From: a virus
DNA: 64,000 nt
Direction: 5' to 3' (one strand)
Virus record (IMG/VR): IMGVR_UViG_3300027777_000002
Span: 2,559 to 66,558 of that record
Each line of letters begins with the position of its first letter. Position 1 is the stretch's first letter. Below, piece by piece: positions 26,460 through 36,853 of the stretch. The position numbers and the translations under genes were made by a program. The notes beneath the pieces were generated by a model that was given only the letters and a program-made list of their open reading frames with translations, searched no databases and was not told the origin of the DNA.

Positions 26460-27239
26460 ATGAGCAATGAACTATCAAACTTTGGTGACAGCGCAAGCGC
26501 ATCAATAACTCGTGGCGCAGGCCATAATGAAACTTTGGGTATCCAAGGTTTTTACCACGTAGAGTGCCGCGATTCTGAAGGCAATCTCAAATGGGAAGAT
26601 ACTATTGAGAACGTAGTTACCGCTATTGGTAAACAGTCTTTATTTGACTTTTATTTTGGCGCTACTGGTACAGCTGGCGGTACGGCTTCCGGTGTTAACT
26701 ATTTAGGTCTTGTTGGTTACACAGGTACGCTGGTAACTGCAGGTTCTTTTACAACTGGTGCTACTTATCAAATTGCCTCAGTTGGCACAACAAACTTTAC
26801 GTTAATTGGCGCTTCTTCTAATACTGTTGGTGTTGTGTTTGTTGCTACTGGCGCAGGTTCAGGTACAGGTACAGCAAACTTAATTGGTACTTTTTTAGCT
26901 GCAGATACAATGGGTTCGCATACTGGTTGGATAGAAGTTGGCTTAGCTAACGCTCCTACATACACAGGCAGTCGTCAGTCAATTAACTGGACCGCTGCTA
27001 CTTCATCAGGCACATCTCCAACTAACGTAACGTCTAAAACAGGCGCAGCCGTTACTTTTGCAATGACTTCTTCTGGTAGCGTTGGCGGTTGTTTTATTAA
27101 CGGCGGCGCATCTGCTTCTGCTACTAAAGATACAGCTACTGGTGTTCTGTATTCTGCTGGCGCGTTTACTGGCGGTTCAAAAACTGTAGCAAACGGCGAC
27201 TCTTTAGCTGTTACTTACACTACCACTGCCACTTCATAA
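26460..27239 (+). CDS. virion structural protein with inserted module
   Basis: YHVEC..GNLKW...NVV; GVLYSAGAF...GDSLAVTY. Confidence 0.7.
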   Translation: MSNELSNFGDSASASITRGAGHNETLGIQGFYHVECRDSEGNLKWEDTIENVVTAIGKQSLFDFYFGATGTAGGTASGVNYLGLVGYTGTLVTAGSFTTGATYQIASVGTTNFTLIGASSNTVGVVFVATGAGSGTGTANLIGTFLAADTMGSHTGWIEVGLANAPTYTGSRQSINWTAATSSGTSPTNVTSKTGAAVTFAMTSSGSVGGCFINGGASASATKDTATGVLYSAGAFTGGSKTVANGDSLAVTYTTTATS

Positions 27240-27418
27240 TGGTCATAGACTTCGTAATCACACAAAACAATTACACGTTTAGTGATGCCTTAATTCTGCC
27301 TGATGACCACACATTCACAGACGTAGAACTTGAAGCTATGAAACAAGCTCGTTTTGATAATTGGTACACAATTATTACTACTCCTGCAGAAAACCCAGAA
27401 CCCGATCCACAGGTGTAA
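27239..27418 (+). CDS. small hypothetical protein (59 aa)
   Basis: Manually translated (MVIDFVITQNNYTFSDALILPDDHTFTDVELEAMKQARFDNW...); TAATG coupling. Confidence 0.7.
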   Translation: MVIDFVITQNNYTFSDALILPDDHTFTDVELEAMKQARFDNWYTIITTPAENPEPDPQV

Positions 27419-27421
27419 ACC

Positions 27422-30400
27422 GTGGCTACTAGATACTGGGTACTCGGCTCAGGAACTTGGGATCTTACAACTACAACTAACTGGTCTGCCACATCAGGCG
27501 GTACTGGTGGTGCATCTGCGCCTACCTCAGCTGATGACGTTATTTTTGATGCTGGTTCTAACGTAGGAACAGGAGCATTTACCGTAACTATTGGAGCGGC
27601 AGGTGCGGTATGTAGAGACATAAGTTTTGGCGGTGCTGGTGGCGCACTTGACGGTGTAATGACATTAGCTGGTAGTGGCGCATGGTCTGTCTATGGAAGT
27701 ATGACCTTAGTATCCGCAAATTTAACTTTTTCATACGGCGGTATTACAACTTTTGCGGCAACCACCACAGGTAAAACCATTACCACAGCAGCAAAATCAT
27801 TTACTCTTGGCAACGGTATTATATTTAACGGTGTAGGCGGTGGTTGGACATTACAAGACGCTTGTACATTTTATAAAATAACTTTAACGGCTGGCGCATT
27901 AGATACAAATAACCAGACAGTTAGTTTATCAGCAGGTGTTAATGGCTTTATTACATCAGGATCAACAACAAGGTCATTAACATTAGGAACTTCTACTGTT
28001 TCTTTGAGTGGAATTATTGACGCTTGGAGCGTATCATCAACAACTGGTTTTACACTTAGCGCTGCGTCATCTACTCTTAATTTTACTGGTGGCTCCAACG
28101 ATATAGTTGGTGGAGGTTTGACATACGGAACAATTACAGTAAACGCAAGCAGCGGCACTATTGCTGGCGCAAACACCATTACCACATTAAATTTAAACGC
28201 TACAACAGGTACAAGTCTTACCATTAGTGCAGCACAAAATATAACTACGCTTAACTCTACAACTCTTACAAGCGGCATAAATGTTATTACTTGTAGTGCA
28301 AATCAAACTATTGGCACTATTAATACTAATTCAAATGTATCTTTAAGAACTTTTTTTGTAAGTAACACATTAGGAACAGCAAGAACATTTACTATTACTA
28401 CTAGACCCGTTTCTAATATAGATTTTAGAGATATAACAATTGCTGGTACTGTTCTAACGGGTACAAGTTTTGGTGATTGCGGTGGAAATAGTAACATTAC
28501 GTTTGATGCAGCAAAAACGGTTTATTGGAATCTTGCAGGAACACAAAACTGGTCAGCAACAGGATGGGCAACTTCAAGTGGTGGTTCTCCAGCAGCAGCT
28601 AATTTTCCGTTAGCTCAAGATACTGTAACATTTGATAACACGGGATCTGTTACTGGAACAATTACAGTAAACGCAAGCTATAACATCGGCACCGTTAATA
28701 TTACCAAAACTGGTTCTATGACGTTGTCCTTAGCTTCAAACAGGCCGCAGGTTTATGGAAGTTTTACCCTTGGGGCTTTAACAACGCTTACTGGCGGTAA
28801 TGGACTTTTCTTATCTGGTAGAAGTACTACACAAACAATTACTACCAACACAAGAACTTTTGGAAGCGCTAGCATTACTGTACAAGCATTAAGTAGCACC
28901 ATAACTTTTGCAGACACTTTTACCACCACTGGCGCATTAACCCATAACAACGGAACATTAAATTTAAACAATTTAACAATTACCGCAGCTGGTTTTACGT
29001 CTGCATCAAGTTCTACTAGGGCTATTACTTTTGGCACTACTGGAGCTATCACAGTTAATGGATCTGGTAGTTTTTTTATTACAGTTGTTGCAACAGGACT
29101 TACTACTACAGGCACCCCAACACTTAACATATCAAATAACTCAGGAACAGCCAGTTCATTTTATTTTACAGGTTTTACAGAGTCAACCGCATTTAATGTA
29201 AATGTTACAACAGGAACATACACCCTTACTGAAGGTAGCAGCAGTGTTTACAAAAATTTAAATTTTACTGGGTTTGCAGGTACTTTTACAGGTTATTCTT
29301 TTGGCGGTAACACCATATACGGAAATTTAACAACGTCCACAGGCATGAGTTATTCTGCTAGCACTTTTGCCATGACATTTGCTGCAACTAGCGGAACACA
29401 GACTATAACGTCCAATGCCAAAACAATGGACTTTCCCATTACATTTAATGGATCTGGTGGCACTTTTCAGTTAGTAGATGCACTAACAAGCGGTTCAGGT
29501 AGAACCATGACTTTAACTAGCGGTACGCTAGACCTTAACGATAAAACTCTTACAACGGGATTGTTTAGTTCTAGTAACTCAAACACTAGGTCTATTCTTT
29601 TTGGAACAACTGGAAATATTACTTGCTCTGGTACTGGTACTGTTTGGACAACTTCTACAATTACAAACTTTAGTTACACAGGCACATCTACAGTCAATTT
29701 AACTGATTCTAGTTCAACCCTTAGAAGCATAATTCAAGGTGCTGGAACTGCCGCACAAGCGGTTAGTTTTTATATAAAAGCTGGAACAGGACAAGTAAGT
29801 CTTACCACTACGAGCGGCGCATTTAAAGATATAGACTTTACTGGTTCAACTGCCATTCTTGGTGTTGGTAGCAGTATTAACTGTTTTGGAAACATTGTTT
29901 TAACAAACAACACAACAGCTAGTGGTTTTGGTCTAACCTTTGCTGGAACTAGCGGTACTCAAACCATGACTTCCAATGGTAAAACTTTTGATTGTGCTTT
30001 GACAATGAATGGTGTAGGCGGCACATTACAGCTTGTAGATGCCCTAACAATGGGTTCTACAAGAACATTAACCCTTACAAACGGCACATTTAACAGTAAT
30101 GCTAAAAGCGTAACTGTAGGGGCATTTAACGCTAATAACAGCAATACAAAAACTTTTACTATAACTAACAGCACATTTACTGTATTAAGTGGCACTTCTA
30201 CAAGTGGATTTTTATTAAATGGAGTAGGAACTACTTATAATGTTACTGGTTCTAATGTAGTATTTACTACTTCAACTGCGGCACAATATTGGGGTGGTGG
30301 TGGTTCAACTTTTCCTGCGGTAACAATGAGTGGTACAGGGCAATTAATTATTGGTGCAAATGGGTCTACTTTAACTATTACAACTCTTTCAAATACTGTT

Positions 30401-31807
30401 CAACCTTGCACAGTTTCAATATTTAGCACAAATACACAGCTTAATGTCACCAACTTTAACCTATCAGGAACAGCAGGAAACTTAGTTACTTTTAACAGTT
30501 CTGTAGCAGGAACAGCAAGAACAATCAGTAAAGCAAGCGGAACAGTAAGTTGTGATTATTTAAGCATTAGGGATAGCACTGCTACAGGTGGCGCTTCATG
30601 GTATGCAGGTACAAATTCAACTAACGTTAGCAATAACACGGGTTGGATATTTGCATCACCAGTAATCACCGTTGCCGTAACAGAAAATTTTTCAATTGCA
30701 GATAGTCCAAATGTAGTTGCAAGTTTTGTAGTCTCAATATCAGAAAGGTCAACTTTAGAAGATACACCCAGTGTAGTTGCCTCTTTTTTAAGCAATATAA
30801 CAGAAAATTTTACAATAGAAGATAAACCCGTTTATGTAGCTGTTGCGGATATTACTGAAGGTACAATTTTAGCTGATACTTTAACGGGTTTAGCTACTTT
30901 TGCCACAGCTATTACCGAAGACGCTACTTTGGCAGATTCTTCTATTGTATTACGCACTGCTTTTGGAGACATATCAGAATTATTAATCCTAGCAGATACC
31001 CCAAACACAACCGCAGCTTTTTTAAGCAACGTTACAGAACCATTAACCCTAGCAGATACCCCTGTTGGTAACGCCGTATTTGCCGGAATTATTACCGAAA
31101 ACACCACTTTAGCGGATACGCAGTCTGTAAATGCAGTTTTTGCTTCCGCCATCACCGAGGCGGCTACTTTAGCGGATGCTCAGTCCGTTGTTTTAGCCAT
31201 AGTATCTGACATATCCGAAGCCATAACCCTAGCCGATTCCCAGACCGTAATAGCCAACTTTGCTAGTGTGGTATTTGAGAATGTTGGGGTTGCAGAGTCC
31301 GAGTCGGTAGTAGCCAGCTTTACGGCAGTTATTTCAGAAGGAGCTGTTTTAGAAGATGTTGAGTCTGTTTTAGCTTCTTTCGTATCTAGTCTTTCCGAGG
31401 CTTTAACGGCAGCAGATAGTAGTATAGCCGTACGCATTCAAAACTCCAGCATAACCGAAGACTTTCAACCGGCAGATACCCAAACCGCCCTAAGAATCCA
31501 TAATGCCTTAATTTCAGAAAACCTAGTACCGGCAGACGCAATTACCGTTATAGCATCTTTTAGTAGCCAGATAACTGAAAATTTGGTATTATTAGACAGC
31601 CCAATACTACGTGGCTGGTTTAAAATTAATGATGACCAGACCGTTTCTTGGGGTGCGGTAAATAATACAAATTCAGCAGCTTGGGCGGCTGTTAACGATG
31701 GGCAAACGGTGTCTTGGAATAACGTAAACAATGCAAATTCAACCACTTGGACAAACATTGGGGACGATCAAAACCCTGTTTGGACTAGCGTAGACAACAC
31801 GCAATAA
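27422..31807 (+). CDS. large repetitive tail fibre/adhesin-like protein
   Basis: 1461 aa, T/G/S-rich beta-helix-like repeats, C-terminal ~24-aa repeats and W-spaced tail. Confidence 0.75.
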   Translation: MATRYWVLGSGTWDLTTTTNWSATSGGTGGASAPTSADDVIFDAGSNVGTGAFTVTIGAAGAVCRDISFGGAGGALDGVMTLAGSGAWSVYGSMTLVSANLTFSYGGITTFAATTTGKTITTAAKSFTLGNGIIFNGVGGGWTLQDACTFYKITLTAGALDTNNQTVSLSAGVNGFITSGSTTRSLTLGTSTVSLSGIIDAWSVSSTTGFTLSAASSTLNFTGGSNDIVGGGLTYGTITVNASSGTIAGANTITTLNLNATTGTSLTISAAQNITTLNSTTLTSGINVITCSANQTIGTINTNSNVSLRTFFVSNTLGTARTFTITTRPVSNIDFRDITIAGTVLTGTSFGDCGGNSNITFDAAKTVYWNLAGTQNWSATGWATSSGGSPAAANFPLAQDTVTFDNTGSVTGTITVNASYNIGTVNITKTGSMTLSLASNRPQVYGSFTLGALTTLTGGNGLFLSGRSTTQTITTNTRTFGSASITVQALSSTITFADTFTTTGALTHNNGTLNLNNLTITAAGFTSASSSTRAITFGTTGAITVNGSGSFFITVVATGLTTTGTPTLNISNNSGTASSFYFTGFTESTAFNVNVTTGTYTLTEGSSSVYKNLNFTGFAGTFTGYSFGGNTIYGNLTTSTGMSYSASTFAMTFAATSGTQTITSNAKTMDFPITFNGSGGTFQLVDALTSGSGRTMTLTSGTLDLNDKTLTTGLFSSSNSNTRSILFGTTGNITCSGTGTVWTTSTITNFSYTGTSTVNLTDSSSTLRSIIQGAGTAAQAVSFYIKAGTGQVSLTTTSGAFKDIDFTGSTAILGVGSSINCFGNIVLTNNTTASGFGLTFAGTSGTQTMTSNGKTFDCALTMNGVGGTLQLVDALTMGSTRTLTLTNGTFNSNAKSVTVGAFNANNSNTKTFTITNSTFTVLSGTSTSGFLLNGVGTTYNVTGSNVVFTTSTAAQYWGGGGSTFPAVTMSGTGQLIIGANGSTLTITTLSNTVQPCTVSIFSTNTQLNVTNFNLSGTAGNLVTFNSSVAGTARTISKASGTVSCDYLSIRDSTATGGASWYAGTNSTNVSNNTGWIFASPVITVAVTENFSIADSPNVVASFVVSISERSTLEDTPSVVASFLSNITENFTIEDKPVYVAVADITEGTILADTLTGLATFATAITEDATLADSSIVLRTAFGDISELLILADTPNTTAAFLSNVTEPLTLADTPVGNAVFAGIITENTTLADTQSVNAVFASAITEAATLADAQSVVLAIVSDISEAITLADSQTVIANFASVVFENVGVAESESVVASFTAVISEGAVLEDVESVLASFVSSLSEALTAADSSIAVRIQNSSITEDFQPADTQTALRIHNALISENLVPADAITVIASFSSQITENLVLLDSPILRGWFKINDDQTVSWGAVNNTNSAAWAAVNDGQTVSWNNVNNANSTTWTNIGDDQNPVWTSVDNTQ

Positions 31808-31819
31808 TAAGGATACACA

Positions 31820-33073
31820 ATGGCTAGTACCTACTCACCGTCTTTAAAAATAGAGCTTATTGGTAATGGCGACCAATCTGGTACATGGGGAACTACGACT
31901 AATAACAACCTTGGAACCCTTGTAGAACAAGCAATTACCGGCGTTCAAAGCATTGTAATGAGTAATGCAAATTACACCCTAACTAACTATAACGGGGTGT
32001 CTGATGAAGCACGAAATGCGGTTTTGGTAGTAACTGGGACTAACTCAGCTATACGGCAAATTATCTGCCCCTTGGCAAACAAAGTATATGTTGTCACTAA
32101 TAACACTACTGGCGGCTACGCTATTACTATTGGCGGGACTACAGGAACTACTGTGACTATTCCTAACGGGGTTACTGCTCAAGTTTATTGCGACGGCACA
32201 AATACATATTCTGCTCAAACCGGTTCGGCTGGTAACTTTACTGTAAACGGCACTTTAACAGCTACTGGGTTAACTGATACAGGCAATATGAGTGTTGGTG
32301 GTAATTTGGCGGTTACTGGCTCGTTTCAATCTTCTACTGGGTTAGGCTCGTATGCTGCAGGCTCGTTTACTGGCAGCATAGCTACAACAACGCTAACTAT
32401 TACTGCGGTTGCTAGCGGGCAATTATTTGTTGGGCAAACTATTTCAGGTACGGGTGTTACTTCCGGCACTACCATAACTGCGTTTGGTACAGGTACAGGT
32501 GGGGTAGGAACGTACACCGTTAGCGTTTCTCAAGCAGTTGCTAGCACAACCATTACGGGCGCTGCAGCAACAACAGCTTTGACGCCTACTTCTGGTGATA
32601 ACTCGGTAAAAATAGCAACAACGGCTTTTGTTACTGCGGCTTCTAGTGCATTTGCTGCTGGAACCGTACTTTTATTCTATCAAGCAGCTGCTCCTACTGG
32701 GTGGACACAAGTAACCACTCAAAACAATAAAGCATTAAGAGTTGTATCAGGTACTGGGGGCGGTACTGGCGGTACTGTTGCTTTTACTACAGCTTTTGCT
32801 AGTCAGGCAGTAGCTGGTACTGTGGGTACTTCAGGTGCCACTACACTTTCAACTGCGGAAATGCCAGCCCATACACACTCATATGCTTTGGCAAGTGGTA
32901 GTTTTACTGCTCCTATTGGTTTTGATACCTATTTTTATCTTAGCACGGTTTCAGCCACAACGGGCTCACAAGGTGGTGGTGGTTCACATACCCATACAGG
33001 TGGTACATTTACAGGTACGGCAATTAACCTAGCCGTTCAATATATTGATATTATTCTTGCGAGTAAAGACTAA
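31820..33073 (+). CDS. tail fibre protein with collar-like domain
   Basis: MASTYS...GTWGTTTN N-terminus, [26 protein letters not shown]. Confidence 0.8.
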   Translation: MASTYSPSLKIELIGNGDQSGTWGTTTNNNLGTLVEQAITGVQSIVMSNANYTLTNYNGVSDEARNAVLVVTGTNSAIRQIICPLANKVYVVTNNTTGGYAITIGGTTGTTVTIPNGVTAQVYCDGTNTYSAQTGSAGNFTVNGTLTATGLTDTGNMSVGGNLAVTGSFQSSTGLGSYAAGSFTGSIATTTLTITAVASGQLFVGQTISGTGVTSGTTITAFGTGTGGVGTYTVSVSQAVASTTITGAAATTALTPTSGDNSVKIATTAFVTAASSAFAAGTVLLFYQAAAPTGWTQVTTQNNKALRVVSGTGGGTGGTVAFTTAFASQAVAGTVGTSGATTLSTAEMPAHTHSYALASGSFTAPIGFDTYFYLSTVSATTGSQGGGGSHTHTGGTFTGTAINLAVQYIDIILASKD

Positions 33074-33381
33074 TGCAGATTGAATCAAAAGCAAACTGTC
33101 CTTTAGACGGATTTAAGCCTTGTAGACAATTAGAATGTGCTTGGTTTATGAAAGTTGTTGGTACTAACCCTAATACTGGAAAAGAAGTTGATGAATGGGG
33201 TTGTTCAATGGCATGGTTGCCAATGTTAATGATTGAGAATAGTCAACAACAAAGAAGTACAAGTGCGGCAGTTGAATCTTTCCGTAATGAAATGGTTAAA
33301 AATAATGAAGTTGGACAACGTGTTTTACTAGCCGCCGCCGGTGTTCCACAACAAACACAGAAAATGATTTTGGAGAATTAA
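33073..33381 (+). CDS. conserved tail-fibre-associated Cys protein
   Basis: CPL...CAWF...WGC...AAVESFRNEMV. Confidence 0.7.
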   Translation: MQIESKANCPLDGFKPCRQLECAWFMKVVGTNPNTGKEVDEWGCSMAWLPMLMIENSQQQRSTSAAVESFRNEMVKNNEVGQRVLLAAAGVPQQTQKMILEN

Positions 33382-33624
33382 ATGAAACTTACTATTATTC
33401 CTAGTGATGGGGCTGTATACAAAGATGGCGTATCTTATTCTGGTTTAAACCTATCTAGCGTCCCAACTAACGTACACGCATTACAATGGTACGGCACTGA
33501 AGGAGAAGTTGAATTTAACGGTAGACCAAAACCTCAAAACGAACTAATTACTTCTCTTCCAACATGGGCAATTACTGCTATGACTAAATGGGACGAAGCT
33601 AAAGTTGCAGAAGGTAAAAATTAA
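33382..33624 (+). CDS. probable tail fibre assembly protein
   Basis: MKLTIIPSD...VHALQW...GEVE motif; position after the fibre gene. Confidence 0.55.
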   Translation: MKLTIIPSDGAVYKDGVSYSGLNLSSVPTNVHALQWYGTEGEVEFNGRPKPQNELITSLPTWAITAMTKWDEAKVAEGKN

Positions 33625-33633
33625 GGATAAATC

Positions 33634-33852
33634 ATGGGTCAATTTACAATTACTGGTGATACAAGCGGTACTTTAACTTTAGCTGCAGCGGCTGTTGCGG
33701 GTACGCCGACTATTACTTTTCCGACAGTTTCTGGCAATGCTTTAGCTTCTACAGCGGTGTCAGCATCTACTACAAACACGGTAACAAACAAAATTGCTGT
33801 CAACATTGGTGGCACGGTTTACTATTTGCTAGCTTCTACATCGGGAACCTAA
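33634..33852 (+). CDS. short fibre-like virion protein
   Basis: N-terminal GDTSGTLTLAA module. Confidence 0.65.
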   Translation: MGQFTITGDTSGTLTLAAAAVAGTPTITFPTVSGNALASTAVSASTTNTVTNKIAVNIGGTVYYLLASTSGT

Positions 33853-33853
33853 T

Positions 33854-34426
33854 ATGGCTACAATTTTAAATGCTGGAACAACAGCGGCAACATCGTTAAA
33901 TATAACGACAGATACTACTGGAGCAATGAAACTTCAGACTAGTGGTGTAGATGCTGTTTCAATTAGTTCTTCTCAGGTAGTTTCTTTAACCAATGCACTG
34001 GCGGTTACTTCTGGCGGTACAGGCGTAACTACTTCAACAGGTTCTGGCGCAAACGTTTTAGGTACTAGTCCAACAATAGCAACACCAACCATATCTGCGC
34101 CTACTATTTCTGGTGACGTAACCATGAGCGGTACGGGGTATTTACTTATTCCTTCTGGAACAACCGCACAAAGACCTGTTAGCCCTGCCGCTGGCGAAAT
34201 TAGATATAACACAACAACGGTTGCGTTTGAAGGTTACTCAAATGGTGCATGGAGTAGTATAGGTGGCGGTGCAAGTGCTGGCGGGTCAATTTATGAAAAC
34301 CTTAATAGCATAACTGCAAACTGGACAATTGTTGCTGGTAAAAACGGTATGTCAGTTGGTCCAATGACCATTGCCTCTGGTGTTTCAGTAACGGTAGCAA
34401 CAGGACAAAGGTGGGTAATTCTATGA
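33854..34426 (+). CDS. fibre-like virion protein
   Basis: PSGTTAQRP...IRYNTT...FEGY; GPMTIASGVSVTV...WVIL. Confidence 0.7.
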   Translation: MATILNAGTTAATSLNITTDTTGAMKLQTSGVDAVSISSSQVVSLTNALAVTSGGTGVTTSTGSGANVLGTSPTIATPTISAPTISGDVTMSGTGYLLIPSGTTAQRPVSPAAGEIRYNTTTVAFEGYSNGAWSSIGGGASAGGSIYENLNSITANWTIVAGKNGMSVGPMTIASGVSVTVATGQRWVIL

Positions 34427-34836
34427 GTTCAGTAGTCATTTCAGGCGATACATCAGGGGCTATTACACTAGCCGCACCTAGCGTAGCTGGTACTAATACA
34501 CTTACTTTACCTGCAAGTACAGGAACAGTAGCCTTAACATCACAAGTTTTAGGCGTTGGTCAAACTTGGACAGATGTTACTTCAAGCCGAGCATTAGGCA
34601 CTACTTATACAAATTCTACTGGCAGGCCAATAACAATTGCTATTGCTCAAAATTCTACAAGTTCAGGTGGTTTTGGTGGGGCTATTGTTATTAATGGTGC
34701 AAGTTTGCCACAAAATTATTCTTATGCTTCTACTGCAGGATATCTTAATTGGTTAACATATATTGTTCCAGCTGGGGCAACATATAGTTGTTCTTCAAAC
34801 GCTACATCTTTGAACTCTTGGTATGAATTGAGATAA
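34423..34836 (+). CDS. short fibre-like virion protein
   Basis: MSSVVISGDTSGAITL; GVGQTW...TYTNSTGRPI...IVPAG...WYELR receptor-type tip. Confidence 0.7.
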   Translation: MSSVVISGDTSGAITLAAPSVAGTNTLTLPASTGTVALTSQVLGVGQTWTDVTSSRALGTTYTNSTGRPITIAIAQNSTSSGGFGGAIVINGASLPQNYSYASTAGYLNWLTYIVPAGATYSCSSNATSLNSWYELR

Positions 34837-34838
34837 TT

Positions 34839-35066
34839 ATGAAATTATATAAAGATAATAACAAAAATGTTTTTGCTTATGAATTAGATGGTTCACAAGA
34901 TTATTTAATTGGCGATAAAACATCAATTACACAAGAAGAAGCTGATGCACTAATTGCTGAAAAACAAGCATCTATTCCTGCACCAACACCATTAACTCCA
35001 GCGGAAAAACTTGCATCAGTAGGTTTAACTGTTGATGAATTAAAAGCACTATTAGGAGTAGCATAA
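34839..35066 (+). CDS. small fibre-associated chaperone-like protein
   Basis: AYELDGSQD; EKLASVGLTVDELKALLG. Confidence 0.6.
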   Translation: MKLYKDNNKNVFAYELDGSQDYLIGDKTSITQEEADALIAEKQASIPAPTPLTPAEKLASVGLTVDELKALLGVA

Positions 35067-35707
35067 TGGCCTCAATAATTTCCGCTGGAACAACTTCCGG
35101 CACAGCTTTAAACTTAAGTGGCGACACTTCTGGCAACCTTGCTTTTACAACTTCTGCAGGGACTTATACTCAAACAATGCCTAATGTAACTGGTAATGTG
35201 GTGTTAGATTCTGCTACACAAACGCTGACTAATAAAACCATTCAAGGCGGTGCTATTACTAGCATGACCGCACAAACCACTAATGGTGCGTCAACTTATA
35301 CATTTACCGGCATTCCATCTTGGACTAAGCGTATTACTTTAATGTTTGTTAATGTGACAGCAGGAACATCTGCAAACTGGGCTGTACAAGTAGGTTCAGG
35401 AAGTTTACAAACATCAGGTTATGTTGCTACATATGGCTATGTAGCCGCAGGTAATATTGCTAGTGCAGATTCCCTTACTTCAGGTTTTCCAATGGGGTGC
35501 CCAAGTTCAGTTGTCGGCAATGGGGCTATTGTTTTAAGTTATGTAGGTTCTAATACTTGGGTTTGTCATGGAACAGTAGGAATGAAATCAAATGTAGCAA
35601 TCACAGTTTCTGGTAGCGTTGTGGTAACTGGAACTTTAGACAGAATTGCCTTGTATAACTCTGGCACTACTTATACTGGTGGCTCAATTAACGTCTTGTA
35701 TGAATAA
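35066..35707 (+). CDS. fibre-like virion protein
   Basis: SATQTLTNKT; FTGIPSWTKRIT...GSINVLYE. Confidence 0.7.
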   Translation: MASIISAGTTSGTALNLSGDTSGNLAFTTSAGTYTQTMPNVTGNVVLDSATQTLTNKTIQGGAITSMTAQTTNGASTYTFTGIPSWTKRITLMFVNVTAGTSANWAVQVGSGSLQTSGYVATYGYVAAGNIASADSLTSGFPMGCPSSVVGNGAIVLSYVGSNTWVCHGTVGMKSNVAITVSGSVVVTGTLDRIALYNSGTTYTGGSINVLYE

Positions 35708-35716
35708 GGAATAATT

Positions 35717-36199
35717 ATGACTACAATCATTAACGGCTCAAGCCCATCAATTACGTTTAGTGATTCAACTACGCAAGCTACTACTGGATTAGTTGCTGGC
35801 GGTACTATTGCTACTGGAACAGTTACTACTTTAACAACAACAACTATTTCAGACGGTACTAATAGCACTTCTTCTACTAACTGTATTAAAGGTGCTGCAA
35901 AGGTTTGGTGTAATTTTAATGGCACTTTATCTACTCCAATAACTCCTAGAAGTTCTTACAATGTTACAGATGTAACAAAACACGGTACTGGTGATTACAC
36001 CATTAATTTTACTAATGCTTTTGCAAATACAAACTACGCAACATTTATATCTCTTGGACCAACACAAGGAACTGTAGCTGATTGCGCAGTAATCACAAGC
36101 TATACAACCACTGGGGTTCGTATTAGTACATACTATCTTTCTGGCACTACTAAAGTAGCAGCAGACTACTCAACTATTTGTGTATCAATACTAAGTTAG
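35717..36199 (+). CDS. fibre-like virion protein
   Basis: AKVWCNFNG...SYNV...GTGDYTINF. Confidence 0.7.
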   Translation: MTTIINGSSPSITFSDSTTQATTGLVAGGTIATGTVTTLTTTTISDGTNSTSSTNCIKGAAKVWCNFNGTLSTPITPRSSYNVTDVTKHGTGDYTINFTNAFANTNYATFISLGPTQGTVADCAVITSYTTTGVRISTYYLSGTTKVAADYSTICVSILS

Positions 36200-36209
36200 G
36201 AATTAAATA

Positions 36210-36389
36210 ATGTTTATTATTCACTGGATGTTTGATAAATTAGGTTATATGCCAAAAATTGATATGCAAGTCGGTAAAGTTAATATCAAGGCAGCGTGGC
36301 CTTTTCCGGAAGAAGTAGAAAAACCGGCTGTGAAAAAACCAGCTGCTAAGAAAACCACGGCACGTAAAACCACAAAGAAGGTGAAATAA
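36210..36389 (+). CDS. small protein with WPFP motif and K/A-rich histone-H1-like tail (59 aa)
   Basis: Manually translated MFIIHWMFDKLGYMPKIDMQVGKVNIKAAWPFPEEVEKPAVKKPAAKKTTARKTTKKVK; AGGA RBS. Confidence 0.7.
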   Translation: MFIIHWMFDKLGYMPKIDMQVGKVNIKAAWPFPEEVEKPAVKKPAAKKTTARKTTKKVK

Positions 36390-36398
36390 AAGTGTGCC

Positions 36399-36851
36399 AT
36401 GTCAGACCCGTTTGGTTTGTCCGAAGGAGTAAAGACTCTTAGCGGAAGCCTAGATGCAAGTCGGGAGGCTAGTAAAGGGCTGTCCAAAAGCATTGAAGGA
36501 ATACAAAAAGACGGATTAGATGTAGCACAAAGACAAGCCCAAGAGCGATTACGGGCAAGACGAGAAGCAGAAATAAAAAAGGAAATGGCGCTGATTAAAG
36601 CGCTTGAAGCATGGAAACATAAAAAACAAATAAGTGATGAAGAAGCAAGATTGAAGATTGAGTTTGTAAAAAAGTACGGCGCTAAAGAATGGGACGCAGT
36701 ATTAAAGATTAAGCTAGATATTGAAAACCTTCAACGTAAAGACAACGAAGAATATCAGCATGATATAAAAGAAGTAAGACGGGTTCAGATGTATTGTTTT
36801 GCAGTTGCAGCATTAATTGCTTGGTATTTTACTTGGGGAATAAAGGGGTAG
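36399..36851 (+). CDS. coiled-coil protein with C-terminal TM segment (lysis-module neighbour)
   Basis: 150 aa; hydrophobic C-terminus. Confidence 0.65.
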   Translation: MSDPFGLSEGVKTLSGSLDASREASKGLSKSIEGIQKDGLDVAQRQAQERLRARREAEIKKEMALIKALEAWKHKKQISDEEARLKIEFVKKYGAKEWDAVLKIKLDIENLQRKDNEEYQHDIKEVRRVQMYCFAVAALIAWYFTWGIKG

Positions 36852-36853
36852 TT

